47,709 nt of DNA from an uncultured Erysipelotrichaceae bacterium (lineage in GTDB: Bacteria; Bacillota_I; Bacilli_A; RFN20; CAG-826): NCBI GenBank assembly GCA_947303755.1, contig CAMYZF010000001.1, positions 1-47,709 on the forward strand, given 5' to 3'. Below the pieces are notes generated by a model. The model ran no database searches, was not told the origin of the DNA, and saw only the letters and a program-made list of their open reading frames with translations. This document shows positions 34,716 through 45,240 of the stretch, one piece after another; the stretch's first letter is position 1, and each line of letters begins with the position of its first letter. Made by a program: the position numbers and the translations under genes.

Positions 34716-37700
34716 ATGCTTCAACTTAAGAATATCGTAAAAGATTATGTCACTGGTGATTTAGTGACTCATGCGCTTAAAGGATTAAGCGTTAATTTTC
34801 GCCGCAATGAATTTGTGGCTATTTTAGGTCCATCTGGATGCGGTAAGACAACCTTACTTAATATCACAGGTGGATTAGATAGATACACCAAAGGTGATTT
34901 GATCATCGAAGGTAAATCCACTAAAAATTATAAAGACGGTGATTGGGATACTTATCGTAACCATTCCATCGGCTTTGTCTTTCAGACATATAACTTAATT
35001 TATCATCAATCTATTCTTAAGAATGTTGAACTTGCTCTTACAATTTCTGGTGTTTCTCGCGCAGAACGAAAAGAGCGCGCTGAAAAAGCACTAGAGATGG
35101 TTGGCTTAGGTGGCTTAGGTAAGAAAAAACCGAACCAACTCTCTGGTGGACAAATGCAGCGTGTTGCGATTGCGCGTGCACTTGTTAACAATCCTGAAAT
35201 CGTCATGGCGGATGAGCCTACTGGTGCTCTTGATAGCGAAACATCTGTCCAAATTATGGACATCTTAAAAGAAGTCGCCAAAGATCGTTTGGTTATCATG
35301 GTTACGCATAACCCTGACTTAGCCGACAAATATGCGACCCGTATTATCACTATGAAGGACGGCGTTATCACTTCCGACTCAAATCCATACAAAGGCGAAA
35401 CAGCAGCTGAAAGAGAAAAAGCTCACGCTGGAAAACAGGTTGTTACCAAAGGTAAGAAAAAGAAATCATCAATGTCTTTTGCGACTGCAACTGGTTTATC
35501 TTTTGCTAACTTGATTAGTAAGATTAAACGAACAATTCTTGTCACAATTGCTGGTTCAATTGGAATCGTTGGCGTTTCCGCTGTTTTAGCAGTGTCGCAA
35601 GGTGTGCGCGACTACATAGACGGAATGCAAGACGATATGCTTTCGTCCTACCCAGTAACTGTTGCTGAGGAAAGTGTTGACTTAACTTCATTGCTAACCG
35701 GCTTAAGCGCCAGAGAAACAAAAGATGCTTTCAAATTTGATCCAAACAATCCACGCGTTGGAGTTGATTCAATGGTGGAATATTTGACAACTGCCTATAG
35801 CAATCTCACAAATGTGAAGACAAACACGATTAATGAAGAACTAATCGATTGGATCGAACAAATTCCAAGTGATTCTGTTTATTCAATTCATAAGAATTAT
35901 GGTATCGATCCTACTAACAACGTATTCACAAATTGGGTTTCTGATCCGAACTCCGATCATACTGAAACAATTTCCTTAAACGGGTTAACACAAAGATATA
36001 TTGCGGAACTCAAAACTGTAAAAGGATTCTCTAACTATGCATCATATGTCAATCTGTTTACAGATTTCATGAATGAATTTCCTGCTGACAATGATTATAT
36101 CTTGTCTCAATATGACTTGCTTGCTAACTCAACAATCGATGATCCAAATGGAGTAACTCTAGTTGTTGATGAAAATACAACACTAACAGATTTCACGCTT
36201 GGCCAAATGGGTTTTTTCAATCACGATGAATTCATCAATATCGCAAAACGCGCGATTAAGATTAATGAACTTCCAAAAGATTTAAGCAATGCTCAAAAAG
36301 AAGAAGAAATCGCTAAACTTACCGAAAAATATCCATATCGCAAAGACTTTGCTTACGAAGACTTGCTTGGTAAAGAATTGATTTATTATCCTCAGGATAA
36401 GGTCTACTCAGACGGCAAGGTTGCCGAAGATAAAATTGTTGTCACTGTTTATGCTTCTACATCTTATTCTATTAACACTCTTATTTTCCAATATGATGAA
36501 GGAAGTGATACTTTAAAAGGCCAGTTCATATCTTTGCTTCCTTCGATGAGCATGACTCCATATGTTTTGTATCGTGATGGAGCAACTCCTACCGATATTA
36601 CCGATCCGTCTGATTATGCAGTTGGTGTCTGGAAAGCTTATAAAGACGATGACAAAACCAAAGAAGTCCTCCTCACGGTTGATTTAACTAATGTTAAAAG
36701 CGATCCACCAAACAATGTAATAGCCACCAAGACAGGCGAAACGCCTATTCTTTTATCTGGTATGTCTGGCGCAGTTCCAGAAAGAGTTAGCGGCTATCAT
36801 TATCAAGCAGAATTAAGCGATGATATGAAAACAAATGTCGAAGCCAATGGTGGAACTAGAATGAAAATTACTGGGTTGCTTAGACTCAAAGATAAAAAAT
36901 CATTCGGCTGTCTGCAACGTGGTGTTTATTACACTCATGATTTTGCTAAGAAATTCATTGAAGATTCTAATAAAGAAACTGCAGCATTAACTAATCATTT
37001 CAAAACTTACATAGGCAGTAAAGAAGAGCAAAATGCCCAATATCAAGCATATGTTAAGTTTAATTATTGGGATTACACAAACGAGTCTTCTCCGGAGAAA
37101 AAGGATGGCTATGCTAGTAGTTTGAATGGCGATTTAAATTCTTCGTTCTCAGATTTATTCTCTGCGATTACGGGAGTCAACTATGTTGAATCAGATAAAG
37201 TTCATCTACGTTCTGTCTCTGGACTTAAAGCAGAGGGTATAGATGAAGACGGCGATGAAAATATCGATCGTTATGAATTCAAAATGCTTCCAAGAGACAT
37301 TTCTATTTATCCAAAATCTTTTGAACACAAAGATATTGTTACTGACCATTTAGAAAAATGGAATAGTGATGACGTTATTACTGTTTTTAATGGCACAAAA
37401 ACTCTTGCAAAAGCTGATCGTGCTGAACTAACTTATACCGACACAATCAAGTTGATTATTTCCGTTATTAACACATTAATTACAACAGTCACAATCGCTT
37501 TGGTTGCCTTTACATCGCTTGCATTGGTGGTCTCAGCCTTCATGATTGCGGTTATTACTTACATCTCTGTTGTTGAAAGAACCAAAGAAATTGGTATTAT
37601 CCGTTCTGTCGGTGGTCGTAAGAAAGACGTTTCCAGATTGTTTATTGCTGAAACATTTATGACCGGTTTGTTCTCAGGTGTATTTGGTTTAACTATCACT

Positions 37701-37892
37701 TACATATTCGAAATTATCTTCAATATTGTGATGTACAACAAATTCCATATTTTAGGTCTTGCAAACTTAACTGTGTGGACCGCTCTCATCATGCTCGGTA
37801 TTTCGATTATACTCAGTGTTTTAAGCGGCTTAATCCCATCGATGAAAGCATCTCATCAAGATCCAGTTATCGCTCTTAGAAGTGGTGAATAA
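34716..37892 (+). CDS. Fused MacB-type ABC transporter (ATPase + FtsX-like permease) with a very large extracytoplasmic domain
   Basis: Walker A GPSGCGKTT, signature LSGGQMQRV, Walker B VMADEPT. First TM near residue 270, then about 600 aa of soluble sequence, then a C-terminal FtsX module (ERTKEIGIIRSVGGRKKD). Confidence 0.85.
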   Translation: MLQLKNIVKDYVTGDLVTHALKGLSVNFRRNEFVAILGPSGCGKTTLLNITGGLDRYTKGDLIIEGKSTKNYKDGDWDTYRNHSIGFVFQTYNLIYHQSILKNVELALTISGVSRAERKERAEKALEMVGLGGLGKKKPNQLSGGQMQRVAIARALVNNPEIVMADEPTGALDSETSVQIMDILKEVAKDRLVIMVTHNPDLADKYATRIITMKDGVITSDSNPYKGETAAEREKAHAGKQVVTKGKKKKSSMSFATATGLSFANLISKIKRTILVTIAGSIGIVGVSAVLAVSQGVRDYIDGMQDDMLSSYPVTVAEESVDLTSLLTGLSARETKDAFKFDPNNPRVGVDSMVEYLTTAYSNLTNVKTNTINEELIDWIEQIPSDSVYSIHKNYGIDPTNNVFTNWVSDPNSDHTETISLNGLTQRYIAELKTVKGFSNYASYVNLFTDFMNEFPADNDYILSQYDLLANSTIDDPNGVTLVVDENTTLTDFTLGQMGFFNHDEFINIAKRAIKINELPKDLSNAQKEEEIAKLTEKYPYRKDFAYEDLLGKELIYYPQDKVYSDGKVAEDKIVVTVYASTSYSINTLIFQYDEGSDTLKGQFISLLPSMSMTPYVLYRDGATPTDITDPSDYAVGVWKAYKDDDKTKEVLLTVDLTNVKSDPPNNVIATKTGETPILLSGMSGAVPERVSGYHYQAELSDDMKTNVEANGGTRMKITGLLRLKDKKSFGCLQRGVYYTHDFAKKFIEDSNKETAALTNHFKTYIGSKEEQNAQYQAYVKFNYWDYTNESSPEKKDGYASSLNGDLNSSFSDLFSAITGVNYVESDKVHLRSVSGLKAEGIDEDGDENIDRYEFKMLPRDISIYPKSFEHKDIVTDHLEKWNSDDVITVFNGTKTLAKADRAELTYTDTIKLIISVINTLITTVTIALVAFTSLALVVSAFMIAVITYISVVERTKEIGIIRSVGGRKKDVSRLFIAETFMTGLFSGVFGLTITYIFEIIFNIVMYNKFHILGLANLTVWTALIMLGISIILSVLSGLIPSMKASHQDPVIALRSGE

Positions 37893-37937
37893 TTTAAATA
37901 TAACCACTAAGTTATATTTATAATAACTAACAAAAAT

Positions 37938-37962
37938 CAGGCTTTGAACGGCCTGGTTTTTT
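37938..37962 (+). terminator. Intrinsic terminator
   Basis: CAGGC-N8-GCCTG followed by GTTTTTT. Confidence 0.7.
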
Positions 37963-37979
37963 GTTATAGAATGTTGACG

Positions 37980-40304
37980 ATGAGAAAGATTGTTATTGCA
38001 CCTAACGAGGCGCAAGCTAGTTTATATAATGCTTACCGAAAAGATAATCCTTTTGTCGACGTTAAATTCTTTTCTAAAAACGCTTTACTTAGAAAATATT
38101 ATTATCAATATGATGAAACCGCAGTTATCTATCTAATGAGGAAACTTGGCTCTGATTATAACTATGCGGTTGATCTACTTGAAGAAATTAGAAAGATTAA
38201 ATTATCTAGTAGTGAAGATAAAGAAGTAGTAGAGCTAATCAAATATCGAGATGAATTAATTAAAGAAAATCTTTTATTCTTTGATGAATATCTTCCTCAC
38301 CTATTAAAGACATCTGAAATTGATATTCATTTTTATTCATCAAAAGATAAAGAATTATTGCAAGTTTTAGAAGGCACAAAATATAATTTTGTCTCTCTTC
38401 CAGAAAAGAAGGATTATTCATATCGATTATTTAATAATAACAATGAAGAATTAACCTTTGTTTTTAACAAGATTAGTGATCTTATTTCTAAGGGAGTTAA
38501 ACCAAGCGATATTTCTTTATTTGGATTAAGCGAAGATGATGAATTAACTTTCTTTAGACTCACAAAGAATTATCATCTTAATTTCAATAATGCTTATCCA
38601 AAGCATCTAATTTATAAGAAATATATTTTGAAGTTTCTTTTAAACATTGAAGAATTAGGTTTTGAAAAAGCTTATGAACTCGCTTTATCTGAAGAAGATG
38701 AAACCATATATGAATTCAAAGCAGTGGTGGACAAATATCACCTTCCTGAACTAAGTAAAAAGCAACAAATTTCCTTATATAGAGGTCTATTTTCTAAACA
38801 GAGAATTTCCTCAGCAAAATATGTGGAAGGAATCGATGTTGTTAGTAAACCAATCGCGAAAGAAAATGGCTACTTATTTATCATTAATTTCATCCAAGGA
38901 AAATTCCCTCCACTTGCTAAAGATAATCAATATTTAAGTGATCTCGTTAAAGCGAGAAATAGCCTAATTACTAGCGAAGATAAAAACAGCGCAAATCTCG
39001 AGGAATATTCTAATTATCTCCGTCAAAACGCGGATATTTTCATTTCTTGTTCGAAGCATTCTTATTCCCAAAAATACTTCGCTTCTTCGTTTGTAAAATC
39101 CTTAAATTTTGAAAAGATTAAAGAAGATAGTTTACCTGATTATTATTCCCTGGATGAGGCGAAAATTGCCTATACAAATTTCCAAGATTTACGTAACAAA
39201 TACTTAAATGCTGATCAAAGATATTTCTTATTCAAAAATGCCGGTATTGAATTGGATTATTGCACTTATGATTATCAATATTCTGGAACCTCTAATTTTG
39301 ATTCGAGTTATGAAGTTCAATTATCTTATTCCAGCGTGAACAATTTTGCTTTATGTCAGTTCCAATATTATTTGAATTATGTTCTTAAATTAAATGAATA
39401 CGAAGATAACTTCTACGCGAATATGGGTAAAGTCGCTCATTACATCTATGAACACATGGATGAAAAGAAAACTTTTAATGAACTATATGAAGAAGCTTTA
39501 GCGACAATTGATTCATTTGAGAAATATGATTGGGTGTATTTTCCAAAACTAAAACATGAATTTGAACGCGCTTATAACGAAATCAAACAATTTGAAGATA
39601 ACCTATCAAATAAGACCATTGAAAGAGAAGTTGCTTTAAAAGACGCCGGTTCTAAAGGCATTAGACTTGATAACAACGTTACCTTGATTGGTAAAATCGA
39701 TAAACTTATCACCTTTGGTGATGCTAAACAATATGTCTCAATCGTGGACTATAAAACATCATTCTATAAATTTGATGAGAAATTAATCGATTATGGTTTA
39801 TCTCTTCAACTTCCAACTTACGCGTTAATCGCGAGCAAATATAAACCGTTATCAAATAAAACATTGGTGGGTTTATTCATCCAACCTGTTTTAGCGATCA
39901 AAAACTTAGAAACTTTACTAGATGAACATAAAGCCTCAAAACCAATCCTAACAGGTCCATTTCTAAATGATATTAATGCGATTAGAGAGTTAGATCCAAC
40001 CTTAAATGTTTCTAATAGTGCGCTTCACATTTCATCTTGTCGTATCGTTTTAGATGCTGATAAGAAACCAAGATTCCAAAAAGGCAAAGCTCGTAGCGCG
40101 GATGATTTTGCCCATTACGTGGAAGCCGCGAATAAATATTATCAATTTGCCGCGAGTGAAATTAGAAAAGATAACTTTGTTATCAATCCTAAAATCGTCG
40201 GTGGTAAAAATGTCTCATGTGACTATTGCCCTTATAGAGATATTTGTTTTAGAGATTCAAAAGCAATGACGCTTATTGCTACTGGAGAAGAAGATGGCGA
40301 TTAA
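37980..40304 (+). CDS. addB: AddB/RexB-type helicase-nuclease subunit B (short form, no Walker A)
   Basis: Start is ambiguous (ATG 37971 or 37980; no clear SD). C-terminal PD-(D/E)xK nuclease with a Fe-S cysteine pattern (FALCQFQ ... CDYCPYRDIC). The motif SIVDYKTS is present. Confidence 0.8.
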   Translation: MRKIVIAPNEAQASLYNAYRKDNPFVDVKFFSKNALLRKYYYQYDETAVIYLMRKLGSDYNYAVDLLEEIRKIKLSSSEDKEVVELIKYRDELIKENLLFFDEYLPHLLKTSEIDIHFYSSKDKELLQVLEGTKYNFVSLPEKKDYSYRLFNNNNEELTFVFNKISDLISKGVKPSDISLFGLSEDDELTFFRLTKNYHLNFNNAYPKHLIYKKYILKFLLNIEELGFEKAYELALSEEDETIYEFKAVVDKYHLPELSKKQQISLYRGLFSKQRISSAKYVEGIDVVSKPIAKENGYLFIINFIQGKFPPLAKDNQYLSDLVKARNSLITSEDKNSANLEEYSNYLRQNADIFISCSKHSYSQKYFASSFVKSLNFEKIKEDSLPDYYSLDEAKIAYTNFQDLRNKYLNADQRYFLFKNAGIELDYCTYDYQYSGTSNFDSSYEVQLSYSSVNNFALCQFQYYLNYVLKLNEYEDNFYANMGKVAHYIYEHMDEKKTFNELYEEALATIDSFEKYDWVYFPKLKHEFERAYNEIKQFEDNLSNKTIEREVALKDAGSKGIRLDNNVTLIGKIDKLITFGDAKQYVSIVDYKTSFYKFDEKLIDYGLSLQLPTYALIASKYKPLSNKTLVGLFIQPVLAIKNLETLLDEHKASKPILTGPFLNDINAIRELDPTLNVSNSALHISSCRIVLDADKKPRFQKGKARSADDFAHYVEAANKYYQFAASEIRKDNFVINPKIVGGKNVSCDYCPYRDICFRDSKAMTLIATGEEDGD

Positions 40305-43300
40305 ATATACCGAGAATCAAAAAGCGGCGATGAAGGTTCAAAACGGAAACTTCATTGTTTCGGCATCGGCCGGTTCTGGTAAGACCGCTGTTTTGACTGA
40401 GCGCGTTTTTAGAGCTTTAACTAACAACGAAGCCAAGCTTAGTGAACTTCTAGTGTTAACCTTCACCAACTTAGCAGCGTCACAAATGAGAGAAAAGATT
40501 CGAGAAAAAATCTCTGAATCAGGTGAAGATTATTCAGAGATTCTTGCCTCACTTGATGCTGCTCATATTCAGACATTTGACTCGTTCGCGTTAAATATTG
40601 TCCAAAAATACTATTACCGTTTAGGTTTAGATAAAGATTTCTCCTTCGTAGATGCTTCAGTTTTAGGTATTCAAGAAAAGAAGATTGTTAATAGATTATT
40701 CAATGAATACTTTGATAAGAAAGATCCTAGAGCGCTTAAACTCATCGAAGATTATTGTGTTAGAGATAAAGATCATCTCGTTGATTTTATTATCAATATC
40801 TCTCATAAATATGATTTAAAAGAAGACAAGAAATTATTCTTAGATACCTATTTTGAACAACATTTCTCTGAAGAGAAGTTTGTGGCAGATGTCTATAACT
40901 ATCTAAATGATATTAAAGATAGAATAAGAAGATTCCGTTTAGAGTTTGAATCATCTTCTTTAGCGCTTTATGAGGAATATTCATCTAGATTTTTAGAAAT
41001 CGTTGATTATGTTTTAGATTCTCCTAAGTTTGAAGATATTTATTCCTATATCAGTAGTGAAGACTTTAAGTTCCCAACAACCAGAGGTTTAACTCCAACT
41101 GACTTAGAAAGAGCGATCATTGATTCAATCAAAAAAGAGATTAAGAAGATTAAGGATAATTTCCCATTCTCATCTATAGATGAAATGTATACCCATTATC
41201 TTGAAACAAAACCTAATGTGGAAATCATCTTAGAATTCGTTAAGAAGTTAGATACCGAAATTGAGGCATTTAAAACCAAACATTCTGTCTATACTTTCAA
41301 TGATGTAGCGAAATTTGCTCTAAAGATTGTTTCAATTCCAGAAATCAATAAAGAGATTAAAAACAAATTTAAATTCATCATGGTCGATGAATATCAAGAT
41401 ACATCCGATCTTCAAGAAAGTTTGCTCAATAAAATTTCTAATAACAACATTTATGTTGTGGGTGATGTTAAACAATCCATTTATCGCTTTAGAAATGCGA
41501 ATTGTGATCTCTTTTTAGATAAGTTTAACAAATACGGAAAAGGTGAAGGTGGCACAAGAATTGAACTACCTGATAACTTCCGTTCTAGACAAGAAGTAGT
41601 GGACACTGTTAACGATATTTTCATTCCACTTCTTACTCCTGAATTAAGTGGCTTAGATTACAAAAAAGAACATTTGATGCTTCAAGGCAATAAGGGTTAC
41701 ACCGAAACCGGCACTAACTATAAGAGCGAAGTCATCACTTATGAAACTAGTGAAATCTACACGAACGCTGAACAAGAAGCTAGATTGATCGCGATCGATA
41801 TTCTCACCAAAATCAAAGAGCGCTTTATGGTGCATGATTTTAAGAAAGGTGAAGATAGATTGTTTAGATATTCTGATATTGCAATCCTCACCAGAACTAA
41901 AGTCGATTTTGAATTATATCGAAGAATATTCAATGAATATAAGATTCCATTATTCGCTCAATTTGATAAATCGATGCGAAATAATGATTTAACTTTAATC
42001 TTTAGAAATATCATCGCTTTACTTAATGAACATGAAGTGGAAGAAAAAGATATCCATTATCTACATTCATTCATCTCAGTGCTTAGATCGTTTGTTTTCG
42101 CATATAACGACTCTAAGATTGCGGATGTTGTAAACAATAAGGATTATTCAAATCATGAATTATATAAGATAATTGATGGGATTTACTCTGTGAGTAAAAA
42201 CAAATCTTTAAAAGAAATAGTGGCTTTAATCATTGAGAAATTTGATTTATATAACAAGCTTCCAAGGATTGGAAATATTGTTGATAACATCTCGCTTTTA
42301 GAAAACTATTATCAAATCGCATCCAATATGGATAAGATGGGATATTCTTTAGAAGACTTCAAACAATATTTTGATGATCTTGAAGAACTTGATATCGATT
42401 CAGACTATAAACCAAGCGAAGATGTCTCTAACTGCGTGAACCTTTTAACCATTCACGCTTCTAAAGGTCTACAATTCAAACTATGTTATTTCGCGGAAGT
42501 GAATAAACAATTTAATGAACAAGACTTATCTACGAGGTTAATCGTTGATTCTAAATATGGTGTTTTAGTGCCTAATGTTCATCATAAGAATGTTGATACG
42601 GTTTATAGAGTCATTAGAAACTATGAAGAAAAATCTGAAAATATCTTAGAACAACTCCGTTTATTCTATGTCGCTCTTACTCGCGCGGAAGAGAAGATTG
42701 TTTTATTAATAAACACTAATCCTCACAATAAAGCGGCAACTGAATTCTCTAAAGTGAGAAGATTCTATGATTTCTATATGCTTAGTGGAGTAGAGCTTCC
42801 ATCTTATTCAATCATCATTAAAGACATTGATAGAAACATTGATCTAAAACAAAAAGAATTTAGAAAACTTATTATTAAAGAGCCAGTCAAATTATCTGAT
42901 GCGGTGGTGGAAAATAAGCACGCTTCTAAAGAATTAGATGATGATGTTGATAATGAATTGTTACTTTTAGGTAATAAGTATCACTACTACTTAGAATTAA
43001 TGGACTTCTCGTCGCTTGATGCATCTTTCATCAAAGATGAATTAGATAGAAAACGAATCACTAGATTCTTATCAAATGATTTATTTAAGAACATGAAGGA
43101 CGCGAACGTGATGCATGAGTATCCATTCTTTGACGAAGAAGAAAACGTCCATGGTGTTATCGACCTTCTCGTAGAACATTCCGACCACATCGACATCGTT
43201 GATTTCAAGTTATCTCATGTTGATGATGAAGAATACATAAAACAATTAAATACATATAAACGTTACATCTCAAAGATCACAAAAAAACCAATCAAGATGT

Positions 43301-43344
43301 ATTTGACTGGTATTCTTTCTGGTGAAATTAAAGAAGTAAGTTAA
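40294..43344 (+). CDS. addA: AddA ATP-dependent helicase/nuclease subunit A (UvrD-like)
   Basis: ATG at 40294 after GGAGAAG, overlapping the addB end. Walker A ASAGSGKTAVL, VDEYQDTS, and the C-terminal nuclease GVIDLL...IVDFK. Confidence 0.9.
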   Translation: MAIKYTENQKAAMKVQNGNFIVSASAGSGKTAVLTERVFRALTNNEAKLSELLVLTFTNLAASQMREKIREKISESGEDYSEILASLDAAHIQTFDSFALNIVQKYYYRLGLDKDFSFVDASVLGIQEKKIVNRLFNEYFDKKDPRALKLIEDYCVRDKDHLVDFIINISHKYDLKEDKKLFLDTYFEQHFSEEKFVADVYNYLNDIKDRIRRFRLEFESSSLALYEEYSSRFLEIVDYVLDSPKFEDIYSYISSEDFKFPTTRGLTPTDLERAIIDSIKKEIKKIKDNFPFSSIDEMYTHYLETKPNVEIILEFVKKLDTEIEAFKTKHSVYTFNDVAKFALKIVSIPEINKEIKNKFKFIMVDEYQDTSDLQESLLNKISNNNIYVVGDVKQSIYRFRNANCDLFLDKFNKYGKGEGGTRIELPDNFRSRQEVVDTVNDIFIPLLTPELSGLDYKKEHLMLQGNKGYTETGTNYKSEVITYETSEIYTNAEQEARLIAIDILTKIKERFMVHDFKKGEDRLFRYSDIAILTRTKVDFELYRRIFNEYKIPLFAQFDKSMRNNDLTLIFRNIIALLNEHEVEEKDIHYLHSFISVLRSFVFAYNDSKIADVVNNKDYSNHELYKIIDGIYSVSKNKSLKEIVALIIEKFDLYNKLPRIGNIVDNISLLENYYQIASNMDKMGYSLEDFKQYFDDLEELDIDSDYKPSEDVSNCVNLLTIHASKGLQFKLCYFAEVNKQFNEQDLSTRLIVDSKYGVLVPNVHHKNVDTVYRVIRNYEEKSENILEQLRLFYVALTRAEEKIVLLINTNPHNKAATEFSKVRRFYDFYMLSGVELPSYSIIIKDIDRNIDLKQKEFRKLIIKEPVKLSDAVVENKHASKELDDDVDNELLLLGNKYHYYLELMDFSSLDASFIKDELDRKRITRFLSNDLFKNMKDANVMHEYPFFDEEENVHGVIDLLVEHSDHIDIVDFKLSHVDDEEYIKQLNTYKRYISKITKKPIKMYLTGILSGEIKEVS

Positions 43345-43922
43345 GCTAGATAGTTGAACACAATTCCTAGCACAGCGGACATAAGAATTACGAATACTGG
43401 ACTAACCTTCTTTTTGAAGATAATTTTAAGTAAGAAATATCCTGCGACAATTAATACAAAAAGCTTAATTAAATGTAGATTTACGGAGATATTGAAGTTT
43501 CCGTCTACATAACTAACTGGCATTAAGATATCGCTGAAGAGGATGATAGCAGAGGAAGCAATTAAGGCAATTGCGACCGTTTTCATTCCTCCTAAAGCGG
43601 CTTGCACAAATCTCTTTTTGATGAACTTTTTAAGTAAGATTGAGATAAGTAACATTATCAAGAAAGCTGGTAGAACTACACCGATAGTGGCGACAGTCGC
43701 ACCTAAGATTCCGCCTTGGTTAGAACCGATGAAGGTGGCCATATTGATCGCGATTGGCCCAGGAGTGACTTCGCTTAAACCAATCATATCGATAAACTCG
43801 GCTTCACTTAACCAGCCATGAGATAAAACAGCTTCTTTGATAAGTGGAATCATCGCATAGCCACCACCTATGGTGAATAAGCCTACTTTAAAGAATTCAA
43901 GGAACAAATATAGATAAATCAT
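43341..43922 (-). CDS. chrA: Chromate transporter (CHR) family, short-chain half
   Basis: FTIGGGYAMIPL and TPGPIAINMATFIG motifs. Confidence 0.85.
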   Translation of the reverse strand: MIYLYLFLEFFKVGLFTIGGGYAMIPLIKEAVLSHGWLSEAEFIDMIGLSEVTPGPIAINMATFIGSNQGGILGATVATIGVVLPAFLIMLLISILLKKFIKKRFVQAALGGMKTVAIALIASSAIILFSDILMPVSYVDGNFNISVNLHLIKLFVLIVAGYFLLKIIFKKKVSPVFVILMSAVLGIVFNYLA

Positions 43923-44506
43923 TTCTTTTGCTCCTTCTTATATGGAATTAAACCATACACAAGTAGACCAATAACCGCACCCATAAGGATGAAGTAGATG
44001 GCAGAGAATGAAACTGCAAAGATAGTGAAGATAACCATCAAAGATGCAACAACCGCAAATATAACAATGGCAATCCAATCTTTTCTATTGCCTTTAAGCA
44101 AAGTGATTGTGACCTTACATAGTAAGAAAACCACTCCACACTTGATGCCCATGAAAGCGTATTGGACGACTTCGTAGGCTAAAAGGTTTTGGAAGAACAT
44201 TGAGATAGCGAACATGATCGCAAATGGTGGAAGAACCACTCCAAGAGTGGCGAACAATGCACCTAAGAATCCGCCTCTTGAATAACCTAGATATGTCGCA
44301 AGGTTAATCGCGATTGGTCCAGGAGTGGATTCGCTAATCGCGGTCATCTCCATAAGTTCATCATTATCAATCCATTTTCTTTTCTCAACGAGTTCACCTT
44401 GTAGAAGGGTTAACATCGTCGTACCTCCTCCAAAGGAGAAAAGACCTAATTTAAGAAAAACTAGGAACAGAACAAGAATATCTTTGAAAGAGCGATGCTT
44501 TTTCAT
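43919..44506 (-). CDS. chrA: Chromate transporter (CHR) family, short-chain half
   Basis: FSFGGGTTMLTL and TPGPIAINLATYLG motifs. ATGA overlap with the downstream half. Confidence 0.85.
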   Translation of the reverse strand: MKKHRSFKDILVLFLVFLKLGLFSFGGGTTMLTLLQGELVEKRKWIDNDELMEMTAISESTPGPIAINLATYLGYSRGGFLGALFATLGVVLPPFAIMFAISMFFQNLLAYEVVQYAFMGIKCGVVFLLCKVTITLLKGNRKDWIAIVIFAVVASLMVIFTIFAVSFSAIYFILMGAVIGLLVYGLIPYKKEQKK

Positions 44507-44556
44507 CGCCGAGATTATAGCACATCGCCTCTATATTTGCTAAAATACAAGTCGCT

Positions 44557-45078
44557 ATGGAACCTCTTTTTAAATATAAAGACGATCAGTACATGTTTAA
44601 AGGTGTTAATCACACTAGGGAAGTCGTAAGAGCGATCCTCTTAGATGAACATAACAGTGTTTGCCTTGAATATCTTTTAGATGATGATGGTTTTGGTCCT
44701 AGAGATTATTATGAGACTCCTGGAGGAGGACTTAAGTCTGGCGAAAGCCATGAACAAGCTATCAAAAGAGAAATAGAAGAAGAGGTTGGCTATAAATGTG
44801 AAGTTATCTCTTTTCTAGGTCAAGTTGATGACTACTATAACCTCATCAATAGAAAGAATCACAATTATTACTATCTAGTAAGAAGGAAAGAAAAAGTATC
44901 TCAACATCTTGAAGATGATGAAAAGATTAGAATTTCTAAAATTATTTGGGTATCAATTGATGAGGCAATCCACTTATATGAGACTATGCAAAATGTCCTC
45001 GTTGGAAGGCTAGTAAAACAAAGGGAACTTCCGATTCTAAAGCTTGCAAAAAATGCTTTGCAAACTCTAAACAAATAG
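44557..45078 (+). CDS. NUDIX hydrolase
   Basis: Nudix box GGGLKSGESHEQAIKREIEEEVGY. Confidence 0.85.
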   Translation: MEPLFKYKDDQYMFKGVNHTREVVRAILLDEHNSVCLEYLLDDDGFGPRDYYETPGGGLKSGESHEQAIKREIEEEVGYKCEVISFLGQVDDYYNLINRKNHNYYYLVRRKEKVSQHLEDDEKIRISKIIWVSIDEAIHLYETMQNVLVGRLVKQRELPILKLAKNALQTLNK

Positions 45079-45099
45079 TTTAGTATTATTAACGTTTCT

Positions 45100-45177
45100 G
45101 GCGAGTGTGGTGAAGAGGCCTAACACAACCGGCTGTGAACCGGTCATTCGTGAGTTCGAATCTCATCACTCGCCCCA
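45100..45177 (+). tRNA. tRNA-His (anticodon GTG) with encoded G-1 and CCA
   Basis: G-1 plus acceptor GCGAGTG/CACTCGC, anticodon arm ACCGG-CTGTGAA-CCGGT, T arm GTGAG-TTCGAAT-CTCAT. Confidence 0.93.
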
Positions 45178-45190
45178 TATGAACGATATA

Positions 45191-45240
45191 CGGATTTTGC
45201 AACGAAAATATCCAGACATTGCAAAACCCGTTTTTCTTTT
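45191..45240 (+). terminator. Terminator-like hairpin after tRNA-His (could alternatively belong to the IS end)
   Basis: CGGATTTTGCA-N18-TGCAAAACCCG (one mismatch) followed by TTTTTCTTTT. Confidence 0.45.

Noticed and set aside
35006-35392. Long antisense or out-of-frame ORFs in the track. Examples: 35006-35392, 10783-11169, 19642-19992, 16205-16522, 30209-30532, 45714-46052 and 43543-43821, plus many 60-95 aa ones.
   Set aside because: Each lies entirely inside a longer CDS with strong family motifs on the other strand or frame. The translations are low-complexity or biased, typical of shadow ORFs in AT-rich DNA.
45191-45230. Hairpin after tRNA-His as the inverted repeat of the IS rather than a terminator.
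   Set aside because: The match to the other IS end is weak and gapped (shared TTTGCA/ATTGCA only), and no flanking direct repeats were found. It is kept as a terminator with reduced confidence, and the IS ends are left unresolved.
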